From Macrostomum lignano (taxonomy: Eukaryota): a stretch of 64,000 nucleotides of DNA. The stretch covers positions 186,001 through 250,000 of the forward strand of contig NIVC01001451.1 of the NCBI GenBank assembly GCA_002269645.1, in the 5' to 3' direction. Below are positions 38,080 through 63,580 of the stretch, piece by piece (position 1 is the first letter of the stretch; every line of letters begins with the position of its first letter). The notes under the pieces are model-generated. The model ran no database searches. It was not told the DNA's origin and saw only the letters and a list, made by a program, of their open reading frames with translations. A program made the position numbers and the translations under genes.

Positions 38080-38225
38080 CTCATTGGCTGGGCACACGAG
38101 GCCACCCCCTGGCCTTGCGATAACGGGAGCCAATACCGAGAGGGAAGCGGCTGAGGAGTTAGTTGGCTGGCGGAGCAGCGAGATATTATAGCCAAGAATT
38201 TTAAATGCCTGCTCAATAAAGCCAG
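38080..38225 (+). promoter_or_regulatory. Candidate Gsx proximal promoter
   Basis: ATTGG at 38083, CCAAT at 38130 and TATTATA at 38184, 100-200 bp before the ATG at 38283. Confidence 0.45.
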
Positions 38226-38282
38226 CCAGAATTGCCTTCAGTTCAATTCTTATTTCCTAAACTAGACAAGCGGCCAGAAAAA

Positions 38283-41200
38283 ATGTCTTCTTCAAAGTCA
38301 TTCCTAGTAGACAGTCTCGTATCGACAAGCAGCAGCGGCAGCGGCAGCAGCAAGGCCAGCCACTCCAGTTTCAATAAGAGACTGCAGCAGCAGCAGCCTC
38401 CACCGCTCCTTCCGCCGAGCACTCAAGCTGCAGCGGCCGCGGCGGCGGCGGCGGCGGCAGCTGCAGCGGGTTTTCCCCTGGACTGCCAGTCCGCTGTCCT
38501 GTTCAACCACCTGCAACTGCAGCAGCACGCCTTCAAGGCCGATCCGGCTCTTCATCACCATCAGCAGCAGCACCAGCGGATGCTGCAGCCTGCAGGATCG
38601 CCGATGAACTTTGAGCAGCAGCGGCAGAGCGGCGGGCTTCCACATCAGCAGATGCCGCCCTGCTGCCTTCTTGGCTCGCAGCTGCCTATCCCTACCTGCC
38701 CTTTGTTACCTTGCCGCCTCCGCTGCCGCCTCATCATCATCATCAGCAGCAGCAGCAGATGATTCAACAACACGAAGACGTTTCGCTGTCGCCGCCTTCG
38801 CCGACTCAGCAGCAGCAGGTGGTTCAGCAGCAGCAGCAGCGGCAGCGCCAGATGGAGCTGAGTGAGCCGCCGCCAAGTCTGCTGAGAGTTCGGGACACTT
38901 TGAAGCGGCCGTTGCCGACACAGCAACAGCAGGAACAGCGGCAGTTGGACAGCTCTGCAGTTGAAGATGGTGAGCCGATTAATATTAATGATGGTTTGTG
39001 TTTGACAGGATGGGAGGGGTTTAGCGACTGGGCTATCTGACAGGATGGGAGGGGTTTAGCGACAAGCTATTTGACAGGATGGGAGGGGTTTAGCGACTGG
39101 GCTATCTGACAGGATGGGAGGGGTTTAGCGACAAGCTATCTGACAGGATGGGAGGGGTTTAGCGACAAGCTATCTGACAGGATGGGAGGGGTTTAGCGAC
39201 AAGCTATTTGACAGGATGGGAGGGGTTCGGCGACAGGCTATCTGACAGGATGGGAGGGGTTTAGCGACAGGCTATCTGACAGGATGGGAGGGGTTTAGCG
39301 ACAGGCTATCTGACAGGATGGGAGGGGTTTAGCGACAGGCTATCTGACAGGATGGAAGGGGTTTGGCAACAAGCTATCTGACAGGATAGGAGGGGTTTAG
39401 CGACAGGCTATCTGACAGGATGGAAGGGGTTTGGCGACAAGCTATCTGACAGGATGGGAGGGGTTTAGCGACAGGCTATCTGACTGGATGGGAGGGGTTT
39501 AGCGACAAGCTATCTGACAGGATGGGAGGGGTTTAGCGACAAGCTATCTGACAGGATGGGAGGGGTTTAGCGACAGGCTATCTGACAGGATAGGAGGGGT
39601 TTAGCGACAGGCTATCTAACAGGTTTGGAGGGGTTTGGCGACAGGCTATCTGACAGGATGGGAGGGGCTTAGCGATAGGCTATCTGACAGGATGGGAGGG
39701 GCTTAGCGACAGGCTATCTAACAGGTTTGGAGGGGTTTGGCGACAGGCTATCTGACAGGATGGGAGGGGTTTAGCGACAGGCTATCTGACAGGATGGGAG
39801 GGGTTTAGCGACAGGCTATCTGACAGGATGGGAGGGGTTTAGCGACAGGCTATCTGACAGGATGGGAGGGGTTTAGCGACAGGCTATCTGACAGGATGGG
39901 AGGGTTTAGCGACAGGCTATCTGACAGGATGGGAGGGGTTTAGCGACAGGCTATCTGACAGGATGGGAGGGGTTTAGCGACAGGCTATCTGACAGGATGG
40001 GAGGGGTTTAGCGACAGGCTATCTGACAGGATGGGAGGGGTTTAGCGACAGGCTATCTGACAGGATGGGAGGGGTTTAGCGACAGGCTATCTGACAGGAT
40101 GGGAGGGGTTTAGCGACAGGCTATCTGACAGGATGGGAGGGGTTTAGCGACAGGCTATCTGACAGGATGGGAGGGGTTTAGCGACAGGCTATCTGACAGG
40201 ATGGGAGGGGTTTAGCGACAGGCTATCTGACAGGATGGGAGGGGTTTAGCGACAGGCTATCTGACAGGATGGGAGGGGTTTAGCGACAGGCTATCTGACA
40301 GGATGGGAGGGGTTTAGCGACAAACTAAGCCCTATACCAAAGGCACTCAGTGAAGTGATCTGACAAAGCACAGCGAGTCACATTGGTCAGACATCTCCAC
40401 CACCATGAAGTGGGTTCCGCGGGCGTCTGGTTAGCGGTGAAATATTGCAACAGCGTAAGCTTAGCCTAGCAGTGGGGTAATTGGGTCACGTGACTCTGTC
40501 TGCCTTATTGTTGAAACTAAACTTGCATTTTTCAGCAGTTTGCTAACTAATAAAGCTCCCTTATCATCACTGCAGTGTCGGGGTCTCGTATCACCCGCGC
40601 CTACAAGTCGCAAGCGAGATACACTTGACTTGAAGCCCCATTCCAAATTTCCCAAACCAATTTTCGGGAGAAAGTCTTAGAAGTGTTTTTAGAATTGTTG
40701 TTACCACAGGAAATTTCAAGCAATTGACACTTGAGGCTGAAAAAATCCTTAACGTATTCATGTTGGGGGGGGGGTCGCAACACCAGTTTAGCGCACGCGG
40801 CGTCAAAAACCGTCTGGCACAATATCCCACAGCCACTTTTAAAGACATATTCAACAGCAGGCAATATAAGCATTGATGGTGGCACAAGACATGGAGCTCA
40901 AGGAATGAGGCAGGCAGGGGCAATTCATTGTTGCCTTGTATCGCAGAATCAATTAAACAAGCCAGTATATATTCTGCAAGCTATAGTTGAACACTTCAAG
41001 GTCGTTGAGTGCCTTCACTCAACAAGCGAGGTCACGCCTTTAATGCCTCACTTAGCGGAGCTTCTGAGCATAGCAACTACTCAACCGTTCCCTCAGAGCC
41101 TCCCACTCCAGCACTCTACTCTGTTATGAGTTCTGTTATGAGAAGTAAATTACAAAGAATTCAATTAGAAAAGCATGAATACAATTATTGTTGATTAGTT

Positions 41201-42047
41201 TGCCGGAGTTATTAGCTGACTAAAAGTATGCAGCCATGTAATGATTCAGTCACTGTAGTTCTAGACTGACATGGTTCTGTTTAAAACATTGATGGGGAAA
41301 ATGCCACTTTTCCCAATAAATCAAAAAAGGCACTTTCCCCAACAAATCGAAAATGGCACTTTTCTTAATAAATCAAAGATGGCACTTTTCCCAATGAATC
41401 GAATATGGCACTTTTCCCAATAAACCAAAAATGGCACTTTTCCCAATAAATCAAAAATGGCACTTTTCCCAAAAAATCAAAACATAACACCTTTAACAAC
41501 AAACCAAAAATGGCACTTTTCCCAACAAATCGAATATGGCACTTTTGCAATGCTGAAATCTCTGCAAAATCGAACTTTCATTTCCAAGACTCAAATTCTA
41601 ACAAAGAACCTGTGGCCACCCCCCCCCACTTCATCAGCAGCAACATCGGCGGCCGACACCGACCAGCCAGAGGACCGGAACTCCAAGCGGATGCGCACAG
41701 CCTTCACCAGCGAGCAGCTGCTGGCCCTGGAGCGCGAGTTCGCGGCCAACATGTACCTGTCCCGGCTGCGCCGTATCGAGATCGCTCGCTACCTGCGCCT
41801 GTCCGAGAAGCAGGTGAAAATCTGGTTTCAAAACCGCCGAGTTCGCTATAAGAAAGAGACGGCAGCCTCGGCTGGCTGCGGCGCCGGAGGGACCGCCTCA
41901 TCGGCAGGATTCGAACCCGAGACCTCCTGTCGGTGCTGTTTGAAGGCTTCGACCACCACTACGACAGCAACAGCAGCAGCCTCGGAAACTGTTGAGCTGG
42001 ACGTGACAAAAGTTGAGATGGACGAAAATTTCGAGGACAATGTCTAG
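38283..42047 (+). CDS. Gsx: GS homeobox (ParaHox Gsx/ind) transcription factor, 2 exons
   Basis: N-terminal [10 protein letters not shown] (Gsx SxSFxVDSLI motif). Homeodomain [53 protein letters not shown] is diagnostic for Gsx. Exon 1 38283-38969 (G|GTGAG) has one apparent frameshift near 38658; exon 2 is 41638-42047. Confidence 0.93.
39002..40321. repeat. 34-bp G-rich minisatellite in the Gsx intron, ~39 copies
   Basis: Unit GACAGGATGGGAGGGGTTTAGCGACAGGCTATCT. Confidence 0.96.
41296..41555. repeat. ~27-bp minisatellite (AAATGGCACTTTTCCCAATAAATC...), ~9 copies, before the Gsx acceptor
   Basis: Read directly. Confidence 0.85.
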
Positions 42048-42429
42048 CCAACTAAAATTAACAACCTTCGTCTAATGTTATATTTTATATTATAAAATAT
42101 GAAATCAAATAATTAGTTGCTTCTTCATGTGTGCAGCTGGCTAAACAAAATATCAATTTGTTTTTTTAAACATCTGTCCTCTCCTGTATCTTATTGTTAT
42201 ATATCTGTGTATTGTTTACTTAAATGTCTGTGTAAACTTTAGTGCTATTAATCTTTTCTGATGACTCTGCGGTACACCAATGTTGTCTCTTTTGCGGACT
42301 GGCTGCTTATTCATAAACCTGTGCCGACTTCTGTAATAAAAAATAAGAAAAAGTTCAAAATCAAAATTTAGTGCAACTTTGTGTTTAAATCGTTTTTAAT
42401 TAATCGTTTTTTCTAAAAAGGGCACAAGG

Positions 42430-43022
42430 TTCTAGGAATTCTGATATAGGTTTCCAGGAATTCTGCGCCATAGGTTTCCAGGAATGGCGCTATAGGTTTC
42501 CAGGAATGGCGCCATAGGTTTCCAGGAATGGCGCTATAGGTTTCCAGTAATGGCGCTATAGGTTTCCAGGAATGACGCTATAGGTTTCCAGGAATGGCGC
42601 TATAGGTTTCCAGGAATGGCGCTATAGGTTTCCAGGAATGACGCTATAGGTTTCCAGGAATGACGCTATAGGTTTCCAGGAATGGCGCTATAGGTTTCCA
42701 GTAATGGCGCTATAGGTTTCCAGTAATGGCGCTATAGGTTTCCAGGAATGACGCTATAGGTTTCCAGTAATGGCGCTATAGGTTTCCAGGAATGGCGCTA
42801 TAGGTTTCCAGGAATGGCGCTATAGGTTTCCAGGAATGGCGCTATAGGTTTCCAGTAATGGCGCTATAGGTTTCCAGTAATGGCGCTATAGGTTTCCAGG
42901 AATGACGCTATAGGTTTCCAGTAATGGCGCTATAGGTTTCCAGGAATGGCGCTATAGGTTTCCAGGAATGGCGCTATAGGTTTCCAGGAATGGCGCTATG
43001 GGTTTCCAGGAATGGCGCTATG
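42430..43022. repeat. 22-bp minisatellite (GGAATGGCGCTATAGGTTTCCA)n, ~26 copies
   Basis: Read directly. Confidence 0.95.
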
Positions 43023-43604
43023 GTCTCCATCCAGAATCTTGGCCGTCATGTTGCTGCAAGTTACCAACGAGTCTCGCTCCCATTACTAATTTTTAGAAAG
43101 AAACTATTAACTATTTCCAGTTTTTTATGATCTTATTTTGCAGTTGGAAACAGAAATTACCTGTCATACACCTATAGGGTAAGGTTATATTTTACAGTGT
43201 AGAGAAAATTAAATGTCAATGTTTAAAAAATTAGGGATTTGATGGTGACATTTCTGTTTGTAAAAGATTTTCTCCCAAAAATGTGTTCACTAATCCTCCC
43301 TGATTGGGATTTTATTGCTCCACGGAGCCCCTTGGCTTAATACTCTTGTGCATCAGTCCTCTCGTGGGTTAGGGGGGGGGGGGGAGGGAGCTTTCTATTG
43401 CGTAGTTGGACTCCAACCTTAATCCCTTTTGCTTCAATGGATTGGACCATGCAGTCCAAGCAGATTTTGACAGTGAAGTTACCATGGCAAGAATAAAATG
43501 TCACAGGTTGGCTGCATGAAGATCCTTCGCGTTGGTTGGCTTTTTGACAAATTGTTGCAATTAATTGAAAGCATATAGGCGTCGGAACGTTCTAAAAAGT
43601 GGGG

Positions 43605-44635
43605 GGGGGCGAGGTGGGCGGCCAGGTACCATTGATTCCCCCCCATACTATAAAAGTGGGCGGCCAGGTACCATTGATTCCCCCCATACTATAAAAGTGG
43701 GCGGCCAGGTACCATTTGATGCCCCGGCCCCACTATAAAAGTGGGGGGCCAGGTACCATTGATTCCCCCCATACTATAAAAGTGGGCGGCCAGGTACCAT
43801 TGATTCCCCCCATACTATAAAAGTGGGCGGCCAGGTACCATTTGATGCCCCGACCCCACTATAAAAGTGGGCGGCCAGGTACCATTTGATGCCCCGGCCC
43901 CACTATAAAAGTGGGCGGCCAGGTACCATTTGATGCCCCGGCCCCACTATAAAAGTGGGCGGCCAGGTACCATTTGATGCCCCGGCCCCACTATAAAAGT
44001 GGGCGGCCAGGTACCATTTGATGCCCCGGCCCCACTATAAAAGTGGGCGGCCAGGTACCATTTGATGCCCCGGCCCCACTATAAAAGTGGGCGGCCAGGT
44101 ACCATTTGATGCCCCGGCCCCACTATAAAAGTGGGCGGCCAGGTACCATTTGATGCCCCGGCCCCACTATAAAAGTGGGCGGCCAGGTACCATTTGATGC
44201 CCCGGCCCCACTATAAAAGTGGGCGGCCAGGTACCATTTGATGCCCCGGCCCCACTATAAAAGTGGGCGGCCAGGTACCATTGATGCCCCGGCCCCACTA
44301 TAAAAGTGGGCGGCCAGGTACCATTGATGCCCCGGCCCCACTATAAAAGTGGGCGGCCAGGTACCATTTGATGCCCCGGCCCCACTATAAAAGTGGGCGG
44401 CCAGGTACCATTGATGCCCCGGCCCCACTATAAAAGTGGGCGGCCAGGTACCATTGATGCCCCGGCCCCACTATAAAAGTGGGCGGCCAGGTACCATTGA
44501 TGCCCCCCCCCCCACTATAAAAGTGGGCGGCCAGGTACCATTTGATGCCCCGGCCCCACTATAAAAGTGGGCGGCTAGGTACCATTTGATGCCCCGGCCC
44601 CACTATAAAAGTGGGTGGCCAGGTACCATTGATTT
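43605..44635. repeat. 44-bp minisatellite (CCCACTATAAAAGTGGGCGGCCAGGTACCATTTGATGCCCCGGC)n, ~23 copies
   Basis: Read directly. Confidence 0.95.
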
Positions 44636-45499
44636 GGGTACCATTTTAATTTTAAAAGTGGTTTATGATTGAAAGTGACACACTCCGGTGTATCTTTAGG
44701 CTCTGGCGCTGACACACACCTGAATGAGCTTCTCTGGGAGCACAAAAATGAATGCGGGGAAGATGTAAGTCGCTGTGATTAATTTTTCAAAAATATGGTT
44801 GCTATGAGTCAAACAGCAAACTGTTGTGTCAAGCAGAGCAACACGTGTGTACAGCCATTCTCCATCTCCGCAAAAAGCCTATAAGAAGGCAAACATGATA
44901 ACATGTAAAAAACACGGTGTTTTTATCTCGGAATCTTAGCTAGCCGCCCCAACAGCGAATATTTGCCGAACTCCAAAGACAGTTGCTATGATATTGATTG
45001 TTGCTAATTAAGTTCGCGGTCAAACTGAAGTTTATAGCCATCAGTTTACGTTTGGAAATATACGAGCCATATGTGTTTTTTGTTAGAAAGAATCAGTTCA
45101 AAGTTTCATTCGAACAAACCCCGCCAGCACGTGTTAAGTATTTGTTATTCTATATCTTGTACACACGCAGACAAAAGCCGCGAGCCATGTCTGAACTGTT
45201 TGCCATGCTGTCTCATCCCCTTTTTCATTGAATTTGATCGCCGTCCTGTGGGATATGGGATCTGGGGATGTGGGTATTGGGCGGTAGGTGGCGGCGCGAA
45301 TTGTGGACTCCCAACTGTGAAAATTGTAGCTGTTGTGTTTGATAGAAATTTGCGAATAGTTTTGAAACAGAGAGCGGAGAGAACAGCGAAGTCGATTGTC
45401 TATGGCCCGCTAGTGGTCCAGGATCCCTATAATAGAGGTATTTGGACTGGAAACACTGCTCCGGCTCCGGCTTCAGCGTTCCGTTCGCATCTCTTAAAT

Positions 45500-46012
45500 C
45501 AGGGGTCGCCCGTGGGCCACGTGCGAAGCTTCTCTACCCGGCCGGCTCTCGGGTCGTTTGAGCCTTCACAATTAGCAATCCGGACTGCTCAATGTTTGTG
45601 TTCTTCTCTCTCCTTCTCTCCTCTCTTCCTTCTCTCCTCTCTTCCTTCTGTCCTTTCTTCCTTCTCTCCTCTCTTCCTTCTCTCCTCTCTTCCTTCTCTT
45701 CTCTCTCTCATTCTCTCCTCTCTCCTTCTCTCCTCTCTTCATTCTCTCCTCTCTCCTTCTCTCCTCTCTTCCTTCTCTCCTCTCTCCTTCTCTCCTCTCT
45801 TCATTCTCTCCTCTCTCCTTCTCTCCTCTCTTCATTCTCTCCTCTCTCCTTCTCTCCTCTCTTCATTCTCTCCTCTCTCCTTCTCTCCTCTCTTCCTTCT
45901 CTCCTCTCTTCCTTCTCTCATCTCTTCCTTCTCTCATCTCTTCCTTCTCTCCTCTCTTCATTCTCACCTCTTTTCTTCTCTCCTCTCTTCTTTTCTCCTC
46001 TCTCCTCTTTTC
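45500..46012. mobile_element. Probable third member of the CAGGGG hAT-MITE family with an expanded CT tract
   Basis: Starts CAGGGGTCG. The following ~100 bp align with the 1159 and 12745 copies (CTTCACAAT.AGCAATCCGG..CTCAATGTTT) before the CT expansion. Right TIR not clear. Confidence 0.55.
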
Positions 46013-46494
46013 TCCAAAACTTCTGATCCCTCAAATTTTAAATCCTTAAAACTTCAAATCCCCCAAATGAGGTGGTTCTTTTTCGAAACACGTGATATCT
46101 TCAAACTCCAGTCCAGATACATGTAGGAGGCCATGAAAGAAACCGCCAGCCGACGCGCTCGACACGGCAATTAAAAAAGCAACTTACGGTTAACTTGACT
46201 CCTATTTCTGCCCTCAATGCGCAGACAATGGAAATCGGAATTGGTTTTCACGCCAGCCCCCGGGGGCATTAATTGTGTCCCTGATTCAGTCGGGACGGAA
46301 GTCAGGAGACATCTGGACCTGGGCGGTTTGTAGAGCGCGAGGTGAAAAAAACCACAGCAGTTTTAGAAATTCTGAATTGCGGTATCATTTTAAGCCCAAA
46401 CCTATAGGATTGCCCAAGGATCACCCGCATTAAAGAGAATTTGGATTGTCGACTTCTACTCCGAATGTCATCGGATTTTTTAACTTGAAATCTT

Positions 46495-47000
46495 GGGGAT
46501 TTGAAGTATGTGAGATTTGAAGTTCATGTGGGATTTGAAGTTTGTGGGATTTGAAGTTTGTGAGATTTGAAGTTCATGTGGGATTTGAAGTTTGTGGGAT
46601 TTGAAGTTTGTGGGATTTGAAGTTTGTGGGATTTGAAGTTTGTGGGATTTGAAGTTTGTGAGATTTGAAGTTTGTGAGATTTGAAGTTTTTGGGATTTGA
46701 AGTTTGTGAGATTTGAAGTTCATGTGGGATTTGAAGTTTGTGGGATTTGAAGTTTGTGAGATTTGAAGTTTTTGGGATTTGAAGTTTGAGATTTGAAGTT
46801 TGTGAGATTTGAAGTTTTTGGGATTTGAAGTTTGTGAGATTTAAAGTTTGTGGGATTTGACGTTTGAGATTTGAAGTTTGTGGGATTTGAAGTTTTTGGG
46901 TTTGCAGTTTGTTGGATTTGAAGTTTTTGGGTTTGCAGTTTGTTGGATTTGAAATTTGTGGGATTTGAAGTTTGTTGGATTTGAAGTTTTGGGGTTTGCA
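46495..47000. repeat. ~16-bp minisatellite (GGGATTTGAAGTTTGT)n, ~30 copies
   Basis: Read directly. Confidence 0.92.
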
Positions 47001-47879
47001 GTTTTAGGGATATTTTGAAAAAGCTTTAACGCGCTCCAAATTCTTCTTCAATTTGTTCTCCTTGGCACTGGGGATGGCGTGACTCCAGCAACTTGATGGT
47101 CACCTGCTGTTTAAGTGTGCCGTGAAGCCCAGCAGCCAGCCAGCCAACACAGAGTTATTTGTGCGTGACAGCTCCAATTCTAGAGAATTTTCAAAGCAAG
47201 CTAGCAGACAGGCAATTCAACATGGTGAGACCTTAAGTATAGAAGGACGGCTGCGACAAACTTCTTGGGTTGAATTTGGCGTCTTGCCATTTTTTATTTG
47301 GGAAAAATATTTCAGTTTTATCTACAATAAAAGGTTTTGTTCTTTTCCTCACAAGTAAACGGACCCCCTTTGAGCCACAGACAATGAACAGCAAGTCCTC
47401 AGTTGGCTCGGCGCTTCTGTCCGCCTTAGGTGTCACCCGCTGATCCCCTGGGCTTAAGCATATTAAGACAGAAATTGTTGGTGATAGGAACAGATCCAAG
47501 CCGAGACAATGAATCTGTAGCAATAAAATGCGAACTCCAGAGATGCATAAACTTCGTTGCCACTCCCTGCTTCTGGGAACTGATTTGATTGGGATAAAAT
47601 TGTGCCGCATTCAACCCCCCTGGGGAGTTACCTGCTCCTGTGAAAATTATTGAAACCAAATTTCCCTTTGTAAATTTCATATAACGCCTGTCTAATGCTG
47701 AAACATTTCTGGCCGAATACAAAACTATTAAAATTTGTGACGACTTTTTCGTCTGGAGAATTTTAAGTAGGAACATCTGTAAGGTAATAAAAAATCACTG
47801 TGGATTTTAAAAGCTTGGTCACGGTGAAACAGGATTATGTATTGATTGATCGTTTCCAGACTTGAGAGCAGAGATGGGC

Positions 47880-48170
47880 CAGAGGAGAAAGAAGGCAGGA
47901 GAGAGAAGGGAGAAGAGAGGAGAGAAGAGAGAGAAGAGAGGAGCGAGGAGAGAGAAGGGAGGAGAAAGAAGAGAGGAGAGAGAAGAGAGGAGAGATGAGA
48001 AAGGAGAGAGAAGAGGGGAGAGATGAGAAAGGAGAGAAGAGAGGAGAGATGAGAAAGGAGAGAGAAGAGAGGAGAGAGAAGGCAGGAGAGAGAAGAGAAG
48101 AGAGAGGAGAGAGCGGAGGAGAGGAGAGAAGTTAAAAGCGAGAACAGATAAGAGAAGAGAGAGAAGATGC
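47880..48170. repeat. GA-rich low-complexity tract
   Basis: Read directly. Confidence 0.85.
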
Positions 48171-48857
48171 ATGCGGATCAGAGAGGGAGATAGTGAGAAG
48201 GATATAAACAGAAGAAGTACCACAGGCAGATTCTGAGGGAGTTGCATTAAAAGGACCTTAGATGCTCGCCAGCAGCAACAGAGAAAGTGGGCAGGGCATA
48301 CAGGGAGGCGATGGAAGCGGAATGAAGCAGTGTGGTGATCCCCGCGGCACAGTTGAAGGCAGAGGTGCGTTAACGGATCAGAAATACAATGGACTGGAGC
48401 AGAACAATTGGCCAGAAGTTGACAGCGGGGGAGGAGCGAGCGGCAGACTCCGGGGGCGGACCTTCTGGAGAGCGCGTGCGACGCCCTGCTGACAAACTGC
48501 GGACGATTGAGCCGCTCTTCCGCTCAGCTTCCTTTTTCGTCAAGCTTCATCAATGATATCGTGTTGCGCAAGCAAGTGGTGGGATATTTTTATCCCACTC
48601 GGTCAGCCAAGCCACTCCTCCAGATCTCGCAGGTGTTAACCGCCCCTCCCCGGTGTCCGGTTGTTTTTGCGAAATCAAACGCCGCGGGGGTCCCCGCCTC
48701 CGCTTGCTGACCCCCCCCCCGCTGTGCCGCGTCTCAAAGCCTTGGCCCCGCTCATTACTACTCGTCCTAGTAAGTAGTGCAAGTGAGTTTTCTGATACTA
48801 AATAAGACACAGAATAAACTGCGTGAAAATGTTTTTTATTTAAATAAGAACGTTTGA

Positions 48858-49380
48858 ACTCTGCCACAGACTGCCACTGACTCTGCCACTGACTCTGCCA
48901 GACTGCCACTGACTCTGCCAGACTGCCACTGACTCTGCAAGACTGCCACTGACTCTGCCAGACTGCCACTGACTCTGCCACTGACTCTGCCACTGACTCT
49001 GCCACTGACTCTGCCACTGACTCTGCCACTGACTCTGCCACTGACTCTGCCACTGACTCTGCCACTGACTCTGCCACTGACTCTGCCACTGACTCTGCCA
49101 CTGACTCTGCCACTGACTCTGCCACTGACTCTGCCACTGACTCTGCCACTGACTCTGCCACTGACTCTGCCACTGACTCTGCCACTGACTCTGCCACTGA
49201 CTCTGCCACTGACTCTGCCACTGACTCTGCCACTGACTCTGCCACTGACTCTGCCACTGACTCTGCCACTGACTCTGCCACTGACTCTGCCACTGACTCT
49301 GCCACTGACTCTGCCACTGACTCTGCCACTGACTCTGCCACTGACTCTGCCAGACTGCCACTGACTCTGCCGCTGACTCT
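48858..49380. repeat. 12-bp minisatellite (ACTGACTCTGCC)n, ~42 copies, just 3' of the channel stop codon
   Basis: Read directly. Confidence 0.95.
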
Positions 49381-49476
49381 GTCCCCTCATTAATCAGTCA
49401 AATCTCGGCACAGAAGCTGTTACACCGCTTGGGAGCTCAGCGAAATGGGCCTCCCCAATGTGCGCACGGACTGTCT

Positions 49477-63580
<14,104 letters not shown>

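Noticed and set aside
40630-41194. Interrupted reading frame in the Gsx intron (…[15 protein letters not shown]…)
   Set aside because: Multiple stops and no recognisable domain; possibly a decayed TE fragment but unsupported.
41588-41637. Apparent second Gsx frameshift at the C9 run if the AAG acceptor at 41588 is used
   Set aside because: The downstream acceptor cccccacttcatcAG at 41637 is phase-compatible with the donor, so no frameshift is needed.
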